The notes under the pieces: model-generated
Database searches by the model: none
What the model was told of the DNA's origin: nothing
Seen by the model: the letters and a program-made list of their open reading frames with translations, nothing else
Virus record (IMG/VR): IMGVR_UViG_3300029305_009146
DNA: 64,000 nt
Origin: an uncultured virus (IMG/VR IMGVR_UViG_3300029305_009146)
Lineage: Duplodnaviria > Heunggongvirae > Uroviricota > Caudoviricetes
Strand: one strand, 5' to 3'
Shown: piece by piece, positions 26,241-35,015 of the stretch
How positions within the stretch are numbered: the first letter of the stretch is position 1
Layout: each line of letters opens with the position of its first letter
Translations under genes and position numbers: made by a program

Positions 26241-27796
26241 CGAAACCTATGCTACGGAAGCCCCTCGCTTTAGCCATGGGGAGGAAGTAGCACAAGCCCT
26301 TTCTGTATAATATTTATATCCATCTGATTTCTGCACAAGAGTAATATACTTATGGTTTATGCCCTGTACACGCTCTTTGCCTGTCTTAACATCGAAAGAG
26401 CCGCTCTTTCTGCATGCAACGGTCCCGTAGTATACACCTACCTTCTTTCCGGACGTGACGACGGCTTTTACCATATCTCCCGTCTGAAACCCGAAGAACT
26501 GCTTCTGTCTCGCGAAATAGCCTCTCGGAAATCCTGATGCATTTACGTTGGTTCTCTGATGGATTCCCCTGCCGACAGCCTTGATAAACTGGACGGTATC
26601 CGTTTTGAAAACCAAGATGTCCGGAGTGGAGGCTCCAACGCAAACCGCATCGTAGTAGTGTTCTTTCGGCAAGCCCAACCGGATGCGATTAAGTTTTGTT
26701 CTGCCGCCAGTCCCGCATTCTATCGGAATACCAAAGGATTTCAATATCTGCAATACAGCCCACCGGGTTGCGGTTACCATTGCAGCATCTTTCAGTGGTT
26801 TCCTTGTGAGTGCCTGTACCTGTGGGTGCCCAAATTCTTCGGCTGTCATGTTGTCTTTCTTCTGATTGCAGTCATGGCAGGCTATTGCGAGATTACTGAT
26901 TCGGTTAGAACCTCCCCGGGACTTCGGAATGATGTGCTCGATTTCAAGCTTTGCATTCTCCGTTCCGCAATACGCACACTTCCGATTAAACTTCTCAAGA
27001 AGGTACTCTCTTACCTCGTATCCCGCTAACTCTCCCTGCTGATATTCAATCCCGCAGATATCCGGATTTTGAAGTAATTGGGTATCAAACTTAACGTTCT
27101 CGTAGGATATATATCCGAGTGGAACAATCTTTGACAACCTCCTTACAAAGGCGTGGATGTTATTTATCCGGCTCATCAAAGATGGAGGCAACCAGCCCTC
27201 TGGTCTCCTCCGGTTTAGAAACCGGGGTTTACGGTAACGCAGATTTGAGGAACGTCTGCGCCGGCGGTATCCCCTTCTGGCATCAAGATTACTCTTGATG
27301 TCAGTTCTGTGCTCCATCTGACCAAGCCAGCACATCTCATTACCCTTCAGAATAGCAAGACCAGTGTGCCTGCTGCCGTAGTCAATCTTTATGCGGTAAG
27401 ACTTTTCCGGAGACTGTTCCGCTCCCTTCTTTAAGATGATGGTGAACGGAGCTTTCCGGAAGATTGCCGCCTTACCATCTTTTAAAAGCCTTCTTGCTTT
27501 TGCCGGATGACACATGTCCAACGGCTGTTTATTTGCATCCAGTACAAATACCATGGAATCTTATTCCTTTCTCGCCTTACGGCGGTAAATATCCTCTCGC
27601 CAATGTTAATTAAGCTTTTCATGCTATACACACTACCCATTACCCCATGACGGATTGTTTAATGTATAACGACAGAGCGACGGACTGAGGAGGCATCCGA
27701 AGGTGTCATGACTTAATTAACGTAGCACATCATGTGCTTAAGCTGGTCAATATGAGGCTTTTACAAGCCCCTACCTTTAGGTATGGGGTTATTGAC
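26241..27796 (-). mobile_element. IscB-type IS200/IS605 element (non-autonomous)
   Basis: Begins GTCAATAACCCCATACCTAAAGGTAGGGGCTT; ends with the related hairpin CCCCATGGCTAAAGCGAGGGGCTT; 3' boundary uncertain by a few nt. Confidence 0.8.
26247..27554 (-). CDS. iscB: IscB RNA-guided endonuclease (RuvC + HNH)
   Basis: VFVLD..KQPLDMCHPAKAR N-terminus, IDYGS RuvC-I, Arg-rich bridge helix, CAYC...EHIIPKSRGGSN HNH, HYYDA RuvC-III. Confidence 0.95.
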   Translation of the reverse strand: MVFVLDANKQPLDMCHPAKARRLLKDGKAAIFRKAPFTIILKKGAEQSPEKSYRIKIDYGSRHTGLAILKGNEMCWLGQMEHRTDIKSNLDARRGYRRRRRSSNLRYRKPRFLNRRRPEGWLPPSLMSRINNIHAFVRRLSKIVPLGYISYENVKFDTQLLQNPDICGIEYQQGELAGYEVREYLLEKFNRKCAYCGTENAKLEIEHIIPKSRGGSNRISNLAIACHDCNQKKDNMTAEEFGHPQVQALTRKPLKDAAMVTATRWAVLQILKSFGIPIECGTGGRTKLNRIRLGLPKEHYYDAVCVGASTPDILVFKTDTVQFIKAVGRGIHQRTNVNASGFPRGYFARQKQFFGFQTGDMVKAVVTSGKKVGVYYGTVACRKSGSFDVKTGKERVQGINHKYITLVQKSDGYKYYTERACATSSPWLKRGASVA

Positions 27797-27812
27797 TTCT
27801 ACGCCGGGATTT
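27560..27812 (-). ncRNA. IscB omegaRNA (HEARO-like) including 5' guide
   Basis: GTCAA...TTGACCAGCTTAAG...CTACGTT...ACATTGGCGAGAGG scaffold upstream of iscB. Confidence 0.8.
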
Positions 27813-27913
27813 GCCGAAAGTCGGCAACGTTGTGCGTCTAAACAGAAGATGTGGTTTTTACCAACGTACAACGCCATGCTTAAGCTTACTTTTGCATCTT
27901 TGTCGGATGCGAA

Positions 27914-27981
27914 TACTCCACAGCGGAATCGAACCGCCATCTTCCCGTTAAACGAGTGCTCTGCCATTGAGCTAATGGAAT
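27914..27981 (-). tRNA. tRNA-like gene with shortened anticodon arm (3-nt loop TTA)
   Basis: Normal acceptor, D and T arms; CTCGT-TTA-ACGGG is 13 nt instead of 17. Confidence 0.65.
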
Positions 27982-28040
27982 ACTTAATCACACAGAAAGG
28001 AGGCGAAACTAAGAAATTGCCGGGTAATCACTCCGGCGAG

Positions 28041-28114
28041 TGTGCCATATAGGACTTGAACCTATGACCAACCGGTTATGAGCCGGCCGCTCTCACCAAC
28101 TGAGCTAAAGGCAC
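28041..28114 (-). tRNA. tRNA(CAT), Ile2/Met type
   Basis: GCCGG-CTCATAA-CCGGT cloverleaf. Confidence 0.88.
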
Positions 28115-28206
28115 AAAGTTTATCCTTTCTTAGAGGAGTTTCCCCGGCCCGCTGTAATCTCGGCGGGCCAAGGAGTGGAGGTATAACAATGAAAAGAAAA
28201 GCTGCG

Positions 28207-28279
28207 TGGGCCACGCGGGAATCGAACCCGCGACACCCGGATTAAAAGTCCGGTGCTCTGCCGCCTGAGCTAGTGGTCC
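28207..28279 (-). tRNA. tRNA-Lys(TTT)
   Basis: CCGGA-CTTTTAA-TCCGG cloverleaf. Confidence 0.92.
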
Positions 28280-28368
28280 TTGTACGCGTCGCCATCGGCT
28301 CATCCTTGTCCGGCTCGGCAGCGGCGCGCGTGCTCGAAATAATTTGCTCTGTAATTTCTTACGTTATT

Positions 28369-28397
28369 GTTAAGGGAAAAAATTTGCAGAAAATAAA
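28369..28397 (-). promoter_or_regulatory. Element promoter-like motif TTTATT-N16-CCTTAAC
   Basis: Exact match heading the tRNA array. Confidence 0.75.
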
Positions 28398-28415
28398 AGT
28401 TTTTGATGTTTTTTT

Positions 28416-28940
28416 CTACAGCTTAAAGAAAAGGTTGCAGAGCTCCTGCATAAACTCGTCTCCTACCGGGGACCTGTGTTCAGCATTCGGAGCATTCACT
28501 TCTCTCGGCATATAGTCAAAAATTGTTGCCGAAACTGCTCCCGGACGCTTACCGGATGTATACTGGAGCGGCGTTGTCTTGGCGTGTTCGCTACCATATA
28601 TTTTCTTAGCAAGGCTGATTAATTCCTCTTCCGGCTTATCAATCGTGCGTACGCCATAACGCTTAAACGCCTTCTTACTATCCAGATGATATCTTGGTCC
28701 AAATGTCTTTTCTACCACTCCCATAGCGTAATCGTACTTCATATCTTCCGGGGCAAAACAAAGCACAAGATGCTCTGTATGCGTTGCCGCTTCTTCTACA
28801 GAAACCACTACCAGGTTCTTCTTCACAATCTCGTTGAGCTTCTGTTCCTTCTCGGAAAGAACCGCCTTCATTTTCTCTTCTTCGATAAAGCGGATTGCCT
28901 CATCGTAATCTAACTCTCTTCCGTTTACATTAATCTTCAT
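28416..28940 (-). CDS. Hypothetical protein
   Basis: 174-aa ORF with RBS. Confidence 0.7.
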   Translation of the reverse strand: MKINVNGRELDYDEAIRFIEEEKMKAVLSEKEQKLNEIVKKNLVVVSVEEAATHTEHLVLCFAPEDMKYDYAMGVVEKTFGPRYHLDSKKAFKRYGVRTIDKPEEELISLAKKIYGSEHAKTTPLQYTSGKRPGAVSATIFDYMPREVNAPNAEHRSPVGDEFMQELCNLFFKL

Positions 28941-29238
28941 CCGTCTTCTCCTTTTTTGTTGTCATTTTTGAAAAGTCTTTCATGAGGTTAGGGGGTATCG
29001 GGAGAACCGTTACCAGCGTCTCTCCGCAAAATATATACGCTTTCCCGCCGTAGAGCCGGATTTCGTTTGCGCTTTTGTTCCGCCCCCATAAGGAAGTAAC
29101 CCATTTGTTGAGCCGTCCCTTGGTTTCACAGTGCCGAATGCCCTCATGGAATACTTTTTGCACAATCCGGTCTTTAGACTTTTTATTGAGTCCGCAGCGT
29201 TCTTTCATGCGGTTTTTTGCGTGTTCGGTTACTTTCAT
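28930..29238 (-). CDS. Small basic protein, DUF4258/RelE-like fold candidate
   Basis: VTEHAKNRMKER...YIF...LVTV pattern. Confidence 0.5.
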   Translation of the reverse strand: MKVTEHAKNRMKERCGLNKKSKDRIVQKVFHEGIRHCETKGRLNKWVTSLWGRNKSANEIRLYGGKAYIFCGETLVTVLPIPPNLMKDFSKMTTKKEKTDED

Positions 29239-29274
29239 ATCATTCTCCTTTCTCATGAAGTTGCTTATGTATAC

Positions 29275-29303
29275 GTTAAGGAAAAAATATAGCCCGGAAT
29301 AAA
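29275..29303 (-). promoter_or_regulatory. Element promoter-like motif TTTATT-N16-CCTTAAC
   Basis: Exact match. Confidence 0.75.
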
Positions 29304-29324
29304 TTTTCCGGGCCAAATCTTTTC

Positions 29325-29948
29325 TTATTGCATATCTACATTGTATTCTTGTTTTATGCTCCCCTCCGGAATCTTAAATACATGTATCCTGTCCACAGCC
29401 CTATGGGATTTAGGCGGGTTCACAAAAATGTTCCACCAGCCCTCCAAAAAAAGTTTGGCGCGTGTTTCTAAACAAGAGCTTTCGGAATCGTCGATATATT
29501 CAAAGTACACGTTCTTGGAGTTCTGAGTAAGAGATTTCGTCCGAAAACCATACTCTTCCTTTACGAGATATGTGAGTTCATTAGCGTTACCTGTTAAAGA
29601 CACGTAGCAGTTATCCTGCAGCGCATACACCGGGACACTCTCTTCAAGAACATACTCATCGGTTGTGGGGATAAAGAACGGAGCGATAATTATAAAGAGT
29701 CCCCAAATTATAAAACTAACAGCGGCTCCGGCAACGACAGACACCAAAGAAAAGAAGGCGAAGTCGCCCGGATGAACCTTTGGCTTACTTGTACCAACGA
29801 CAACGCTTCCTTTGTTGTTATCATCATCGTTTTCTTCTTCGTTGTCTTCGCTACGGGACATGTAGGGAACATAATACCACTCATCCTTTGCTGCGATAAA
29901 AATCGCAATTGCGATAACCAGTGTAATAATTACATAAGTTAAAAACAT
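29325..29948 (-). CDS. Membrane protein
   Basis: Two hydrophobic segments; RBS. Confidence 0.7.
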   Translation of the reverse strand: MFLTYVIITLVIAIAIFIAAKDEWYYVPYMSRSEDNEEENDDDNNKGSVVVGTSKPKVHPGDFAFFSLVSVVAGAAVSFIIWGLFIIIAPFFIPTTDEYVLEESVPVYALQDNCYVSLTGNANELTYLVKEEYGFRTKSLTQNSKNVYFEYIDDSESSCLETRAKLFLEGWWNIFVNPPKSHRAVDRIHVFKIPEGSIKQEYNVDMQ

Positions 29949-30000
29949 AATTTTTCCTCCTTATAAAAACAAACCTCTAAAAGCGACATCTTATATATAT

Positions 30001-30029
30001 GTTAAGGCAAAAAATAAGGCCGGAATAAA
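30001..30029 (-). promoter_or_regulatory. Element promoter-like motif TTTATT-N16-CCTTAAC
   Basis: Exact match. Confidence 0.75.
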
Positions 30030-30056
30030 AATTCCGAGCCCTGATTTTTATAAGTA

Positions 30057-30599
30057 TCACTCCGTTTTCTGCAAATACTTCGCTGGTACTTCATTTGTGA
30101 GCCAAACACCGTTTGCAGAGAGGTAGAACTTATATCCATCCTTTGCCATCTGACCGGTATTTACCCGATAGAGTACTAACTTGCCATGCCTCTCCCCTAC
30201 CATAACGGCCGTTTCTAAATCCTTGCTCAGATGAACATGAAGTCTGCTCTTTGGGATAAGACCGTTCTTTTCAATGGAAGCGACATATTTCTCTGCAGTT
30301 CCATGCCAGAGATAATCCGGCGGAGTTGCTTCCGGAAACTCCAAGTCTACCGGAATGGAATGTCCCTGATTCGCCCGGATGCAGGTCATGTCTTCATTGA
30401 ATGCATAGCGCTGCTTCTCATCCGTAGCGACAATCTCCTTTAATAAATCCATATCAAAGGATTCAAACTCCGGATTCTTTTTAATTCCGGCAATCAATTC
30501 CTTTGTATTTGCCCAGCCATGCCTATCTAAGGCAATGCCGATAACCTCCGGCTTATGGCGCAAAATAAGGGCAATGAATTTACTTACATGGGTTTTCAT
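30057..30599 (-). CDS. kptA: RNA 2'-phosphotransferase (Tpt1/KptA)
   Basis: ILRH, LDRHGW, KQRY, IRANQGHS, LWHGT and HVHLS motifs. Confidence 0.95.
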   Translation of the reverse strand: MKTHVSKFIALILRHKPEVIGIALDRHGWANTKELIAGIKKNPEFESFDMDLLKEIVATDEKQRYAFNEDMTCIRANQGHSIPVDLEFPEATPPDYLWHGTAEKYVASIEKNGLIPKSRLHVHLSKDLETAVMVGERHGKLVLYRVNTGQMAKDGYKFYLSANGVWLTNEVPAKYLQKTE

Positions 30600-31239
30600 A
30601 AAAAGATTTCTCCTCTCTTTCTTCCTGTAGACGCTCTTGATACATCTCATACAGCGTCGGAGAAGTTTGTTTTAATAGCTCTTCCAGCTTTTCAAAATCA
30701 TCACACCATTCGCAGACATTAAACGGAGCCTGATGTCCGTCGTCATAATCAGCGAAAAATCTTGCTGCTGGAGAGTGAGGACATCCTCCGGTGTAGTTAA
30801 AATTAATTCCATCCCAATCATCCCATGCTATATCAAAACATGCTGCTCCATAACCACTTTTTCTGATTGTTTTTTCGAAGTCATGGATTTTACCGCAAAC
30901 ATCACTGAAAGTGTCTTCTCTAAATCCACGATAAGACTGTTCGGCAAGCAACAAGACTAATACTTTAAACCGCTCTTGTTCATCTTCAGATACAGGTCTC
31001 TTCTTGATAAGCTCTTGCATTTTTTTCTGCACAACCTGAGCATGTTCTGCACGATATTCGTCAATTGTTTTCTCTGGCTTTAAGACAGTCATAGTGTCGT
31101 GGGTAGTATCGAGAAACTTAACATTCCACATGCCAAGCCTGTTAACAAGAGCTCTTGCTGTGAATTTTAACTTATCCTCAGCAACAAAATCAAGTTCTTT
31201 TTCCAGTACCGATAAAAATACTTCTTCAGCAGTTTTCAT
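30580..31239 (-). CDS. Hypothetical protein, paralog of 31265..31966 (C-terminal domain)
   Basis: ADYDD...VCEW...PTLYEMYQERL. Confidence 0.7.
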   Translation of the reverse strand: MKTAEEVFLSVLEKELDFVAEDKLKFTARALVNRLGMWNVKFLDTTHDTMTVLKPEKTIDEYRAEHAQVVQKKMQELIKKRPVSEDEQERFKVLVLLLAEQSYRGFREDTFSDVCGKIHDFEKTIRKSGYGAACFDIAWDDWDGINFNYTGGCPHSPAARFFADYDDGHQAPFNVCEWCDDFEKLEELLKQTSPTLYEMYQERLQEEREEKSFYENPCK

Positions 31240-31264
31240 AAAAATTCCTCCTTATTTGTTTTCA

Positions 31265-31966
31265 TTAACGGTCAAGCGCCATGGAAGATTCCGGGAATCT
31301 CTCAGATAATCTTGTCTGGTACATTTCGTAAACCGTTGGAGCCGTTTCCCGAAAAAGCTTTTCAAACTCTTCATAAGAACCTTCCCACTCACATACAGTT
31401 CGGTCGTCATAATCAGCAGTGAAAATTATGGAGCCACGAGGAGTCTGATAACCGGTTCGGATTTCATTCCATTTGGATTTTGCTTCTCCAAAAAACGCAT
31501 GATTGTATCCACGCGCCTCGATTGCGTATTCGAAGTCGCTAATTTCGTCATCGATAGAATCTTCCTCATTTTTGTGATATGTCTCTGCAAGAAAAACGAC
31601 TATTTTCTCGAACTTTTCCTTATCGGCACGAATTTTTTGCTCTTTCTGCTCGCGAGGGCCTGCTTCTAAAAACCAAAGAGCGTTATTCGAAGCAACATAT
31701 AAAGCCTTGAGTTCCTCGTGTCGGGCTCTTACTTTTTCTGCAAGAAGACTCTTTGCGAGCTCATCATTTTCTTCTGAAAGTAAAACATGAAATTCGTTGT
31801 CATTATCTGAGTAGACTTTTTCGAGCATCTTTTGCATATAGATACAAGCAGTTTGGAAACGTTCCGAATCATTCAGAACGGCCACTTTTTTGTACTGAAA
31901 ATTTCCCTCTCCGTCTGTATTAAAATCTACAGAATAGCGCCATAGGGTTGTTTCATTTTTACTCAT
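31265..31966 (-). CDS. Hypothetical protein, paralog of 30580..31239
   Basis: ADYDD..VCEW...PTVYEMYQTRL. Confidence 0.7.
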   Translation of the reverse strand: MSKNETTLWRYSVDFNTDGEGNFQYKKVAVLNDSERFQTACIYMQKMLEKVYSDNDNEFHVLLSEENDELAKSLLAEKVRARHEELKALYVASNNALWFLEAGPREQKEQKIRADKEKFEKIVVFLAETYHKNEEDSIDDEISDFEYAIEARGYNHAFFGEAKSKWNEIRTGYQTPRGSIIFTADYDDRTVCEWEGSYEEFEKLFRETAPTVYEMYQTRLSERFPESSMALDR

Positions 31967-31979
31967 AAATCATTCCTCC

Positions 31980-32471
31980 TTATCTGTTCAAAATCTCTAT
32001 TGCCCTATCCTTAAGTTCCTCTGTGAGACCGTGCTTATATGTAGTATGGATGAAGAGGTCTGTGTCGGTATACTCCCGCATATCCGAATCGTCGTCAAGG
32101 ATGATGAAGTTATCGACCGGATTCTTTGAGAGCCATTCTCTGATTTCATCACCACGTTGGATGTCTCCACTCAATGACGGCGTGATGTCATAAATCTCCA
32201 AACCATAGTCACGGAGTCTCTTTTCAAGTCTTTTGTATAACTTATCACCAAAAATACTTTCCCGACCGCTTCTCTCACAGCCGATACGCCAAGAAGACGA
32301 TACTACAATCTTTGCGCCGGTCCTATCGATAATCTCTTTGAGTAACTTCAAAGGACGGTCTTCCACCTCTGCATACATAATACATCCGGTGATTCCATTT
32401 TTCTCACGAAACACCATTAAATCGTCTTCAGAATTCAAAACTCCATCAACGTCTAAGAAAACAACTTTCAT
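31980..32471 (-). CDS. HAD phosphatase, Swiss Army Knife RNA-repair-like (HAD_SAK_2)
   Basis: FLDVDGVLN, IVVSSSWR, RGDEIREWL, IILDDD. Confidence 0.85.
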   Translation of the reverse strand: MKVVFLDVDGVLNSEDDLMVFREKNGITGCIMYAEVEDRPLKLLKEIIDRTGAKIVVSSSWRIGCERSGRESIFGDKLYKRLEKRLRDYGLEIYDITPSLSGDIQRGDEIREWLSKNPVDNFIILDDDSDMREYTDTDLFIHTTYKHGLTEELKDRAIEILNR

Positions 32472-32488
32472 GGGCTATTCCTCCTTTT

Positions 32489-32950
32489 CTAAAACAACTC
32501 ACAAAACACAGTAACAGCAACCGCGACAACTCCAGCAGTGATAAACTGTCCAATCCAGAAGGAAAATTCGTTGTTCATCCACCGAAGAACCCTGTTTGCA
32601 TCTTCAAGTGAAAGGGTTTCGTTTTCCTTAAAAGAGGATGCAAGTTCATTCGTTTCCGAGTTAATGTCGTCTAATTTGAGATATCTTTTATCAAGACTTT
32701 GTATGTTCTGCACATATTCATTGTGTGCAATGTTTTTGAGTTTTAAGTTCCCAAACGCAGAAACAACCGGCTTGTAATGCTTTTCGTATTTCATGTCCAA
32801 AGCCATTCTGTCCGCAAAAACAGCTCGCTCTCTAAATCCGAAAGTCTCCAGAATAGACAGACGCTCGTTTTCTATAAACTCGTTCTTTTGTGCTTCTGTG
32901 GTCAACGGATAATATTTCTTATAAATCTTGTGGTTTTTTAGGAATCCCAT
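32489..32950 (-). CDS. Hypothetical protein with C-terminal TM helix
   Basis: ORF with RBS in operon. Confidence 0.65.
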   Translation of the reverse strand: MGFLKNHKIYKKYYPLTTEAQKNEFIENERLSILETFGFRERAVFADRMALDMKYEKHYKPVVSAFGNLKLKNIAHNEYVQNIQSLDKRYLKLDDINSETNELASSFKENETLSLEDANRVLRWMNNEFSFWIGQFITAGVVAVAVTVFCELF

Positions 32951-32965
32951 ATTGCTCCTCCTTCT

Positions 32966-33511
32966 TTACATGGGGTAATTCATCCACTTATCTTGTGAAA
33001 GTTTTCTAAATCTTTCATACCAATATCTTTTATGTTCGATATTGGTTGCAATGTTGTCTAAGATACAAAACGCCTTGTTTTTGACATTCTCGACAAAGGC
33101 CTCATCCGTGTGTAAGGGAGCTGTCACATATCGAATATATTCCAACATGTCTTTTTCCGGAGACTCCCATGAAAAACCGTTTAAATATACACGTCTGGAT
33201 AGCTCGAAAAACACTGCTTCTTCCACAAGGCTATTCATGTAATCTGTTGTGGTTTTATATTCAGAATCTTTCTCTTTCTGACCCGGAGTCTCGTCCGAAT
33301 GAAGAATGTAGAACAATTCGGAAGAGGTACAGTATACGTCCATAAACGAAGATGTATTGGAAAAGTCAAAGGTCCGACATAAATACTGTCCCTTATCCGG
33401 GATTTGAGATACTTGTTTTCCGTATTTCTTTGCTAAACGGTACACCGATTCCAAGTATTCGCTGTAATTCTTTTTCTTTGCAAGTATCTCAATGTGTTTT
33501 ACTACGTTCAT
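32966..33511 (-). CDS. Hypothetical protein
   Basis: ORF with RBS in operon. Confidence 0.65.
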   Translation of the reverse strand: MNVVKHIEILAKKKNYSEYLESVYRLAKKYGKQVSQIPDKGQYLCRTFDFSNTSSFMDVYCTSSELFYILHSDETPGQKEKDSEYKTTTDYMNSLVEEAVFFELSRRVYLNGFSWESPEKDMLEYIRYVTAPLHTDEAFVENVKNKAFCILDNIATNIEHKRYWYERFRKLSQDKWMNYPM

Positions 33512-33540
33512 AGATTGCTCCTTTCTTTAAATGAGAATGA

Positions 33541-34326
33541 TTACTCCTTTTCCAAAATTTCAATTGTGCCGATAAGATTCACTTTTGCCTCTAAAACATC
33601 GCCTACTTCAATATCTTCCCACTGGGTATAAGAAACCGGATAGGTCTTGGTCTTATCCTTTTTATTAACCGTTGTGACTAAAGACCGAATTATAGTGATG
33701 GATTTCTTCTTGTTCGTCATAGACTCGTCCCCCGGAAGGAACAGACCAATCACTTTCCTTTACGGTACGCTCTTCTTCAATGAAAATGCTACGTTCCCAT
33801 GTAGTTCCCGTAATGGTAAGCGTTTCAATCTTCGGAGTAAACAGTTTCCAAAGTAAAAAGCCAAAACCTGCGATTCCGAGAATTGTACAAAAAGCAATTA
33901 TAAGGCTGGACGGGATGTGGAGTTCTTTCGACTCTTTTTATCAATGTATTCCGACTTAGATTCCCGGGAAAGATAATCTGCCAAATAAGAAAGGTCGCTG
34001 TTGTCTTCTTCGATGGTCTTTTCTTCTTCTCTTGCTTGCATCTCAAAGTAATTTACCTCGCTACTTTCTTTAGAAGCTCCACATGCCTCACAAGAATCTG
34101 TATTGTCGCTGTTTAAGCCTCCGCAAAAACTACAGAGCCAGTCCGGATTACGGGAAATGGTCTCGGTTTTTTCTTCCGGGACATATTCGAGATTCCCCAT
34201 ATCCATATAAAACTTCGTATTTTCGCCACGAACATGTCCGCAGGTTGGACAATTTTGTTCCGAACCGGCAATATGTGTTTTTTCACAATACGGGCAATCC
34301 CAATAACCCATGATTAATCTTCCCAT
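33541..34326 (-). pseudogene. Frameshifted zinc-ribbon membrane protein
   Basis: N-terminal WDCPYC/WLCSFC frame stops at 33898; a TM plus WERSIFIEEERTVKESDW continues in a second frame; the C-terminus is in a third segment. Confidence 0.7.
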
Positions 34327-34646
34327 ATGTTTCTCCTTATCTTAATGTAAATCACGAATGAACCCTTACTTCGATTGTAACTCCTGAACTTTTTAGTTTT
34401 ACAGTTTCGCCCGGTTGTAATGTTAAAGAGGAAATCTTGCAATCCGTTTCTACAGCTTTGCTATTGGGGTTGGGATTTGTTTTGCGTGTATCCCGTTTAT
34501 TTTTCTCTGACTCTCTTTTTAAATTATCAGACCAAGCCTGAAGCCACTTATCAGCATTTTCCTTGCGTCGTCTTTTATCTTCCTTTTCTTGTTCCTGTCT
34601 CACATATCCCGGTCTATAGCAAAAACCCATAATTATCCTCCTTGTT

Positions 34647-35015
34647 TTACCAATCTCCGTTTGTTATACCGATGTTCTCTTCTGTATATGATAAAAAACC
34701 ATCGCCCCAATATCCATACACACAGCCGTCTTCGTCCGGTTCTCTCAGGAATTTTTGGTGATGTGTTAGCAGTCTCGGGCAATTTGCTTCTACCCATTCT
34801 TTGGTTGCGGTAATACAAAAATTCGCAGACTGGTCTACAATTCCCCGGACTACGCAAAGTCTGTTCTCTTTTACCCATTGCTCATCATCAAAGAAAAATT
34901 CTTGTATCCAAGTAAGGAACGGTTCTTCTGCCGGATAATGCTCTCCACAATACCAGTTGTTAAGTTCGAAGTATACGGCATTCTTCATTTTCTTTCTCCT
35001 TATCTTATCAGTCAT
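34647..35015 (-). CDS. Hypothetical protein
   Basis: YFELNNW...YP pattern; in operon. Confidence 0.6.
   Translation of the reverse strand: MTDKIRRKKMKNAVYFELNNWYCGEHYPAEEPFLTWIQEFFFDDEQWVKENRLCVVRGIVDQSANFCITATKEWVEANCPRLLTHHQKFLREPDEDGCVYGYWGDGFLSYTEENIGITNGDW

Noticed and set aside
23885..26295. Short ORFs called across the tRNA array
   Set aside because: They overlap tRNAs or structured RNAs and have no RBS or protein features, except 24119..24358
27914..27981. Ochre suppressor tRNA / alternative genetic code
   Set aside because: A 7-nt loop would leave only a 3-bp stem; TAA, TAG and TGA all end recognisable full-length genes, so code 11 fits
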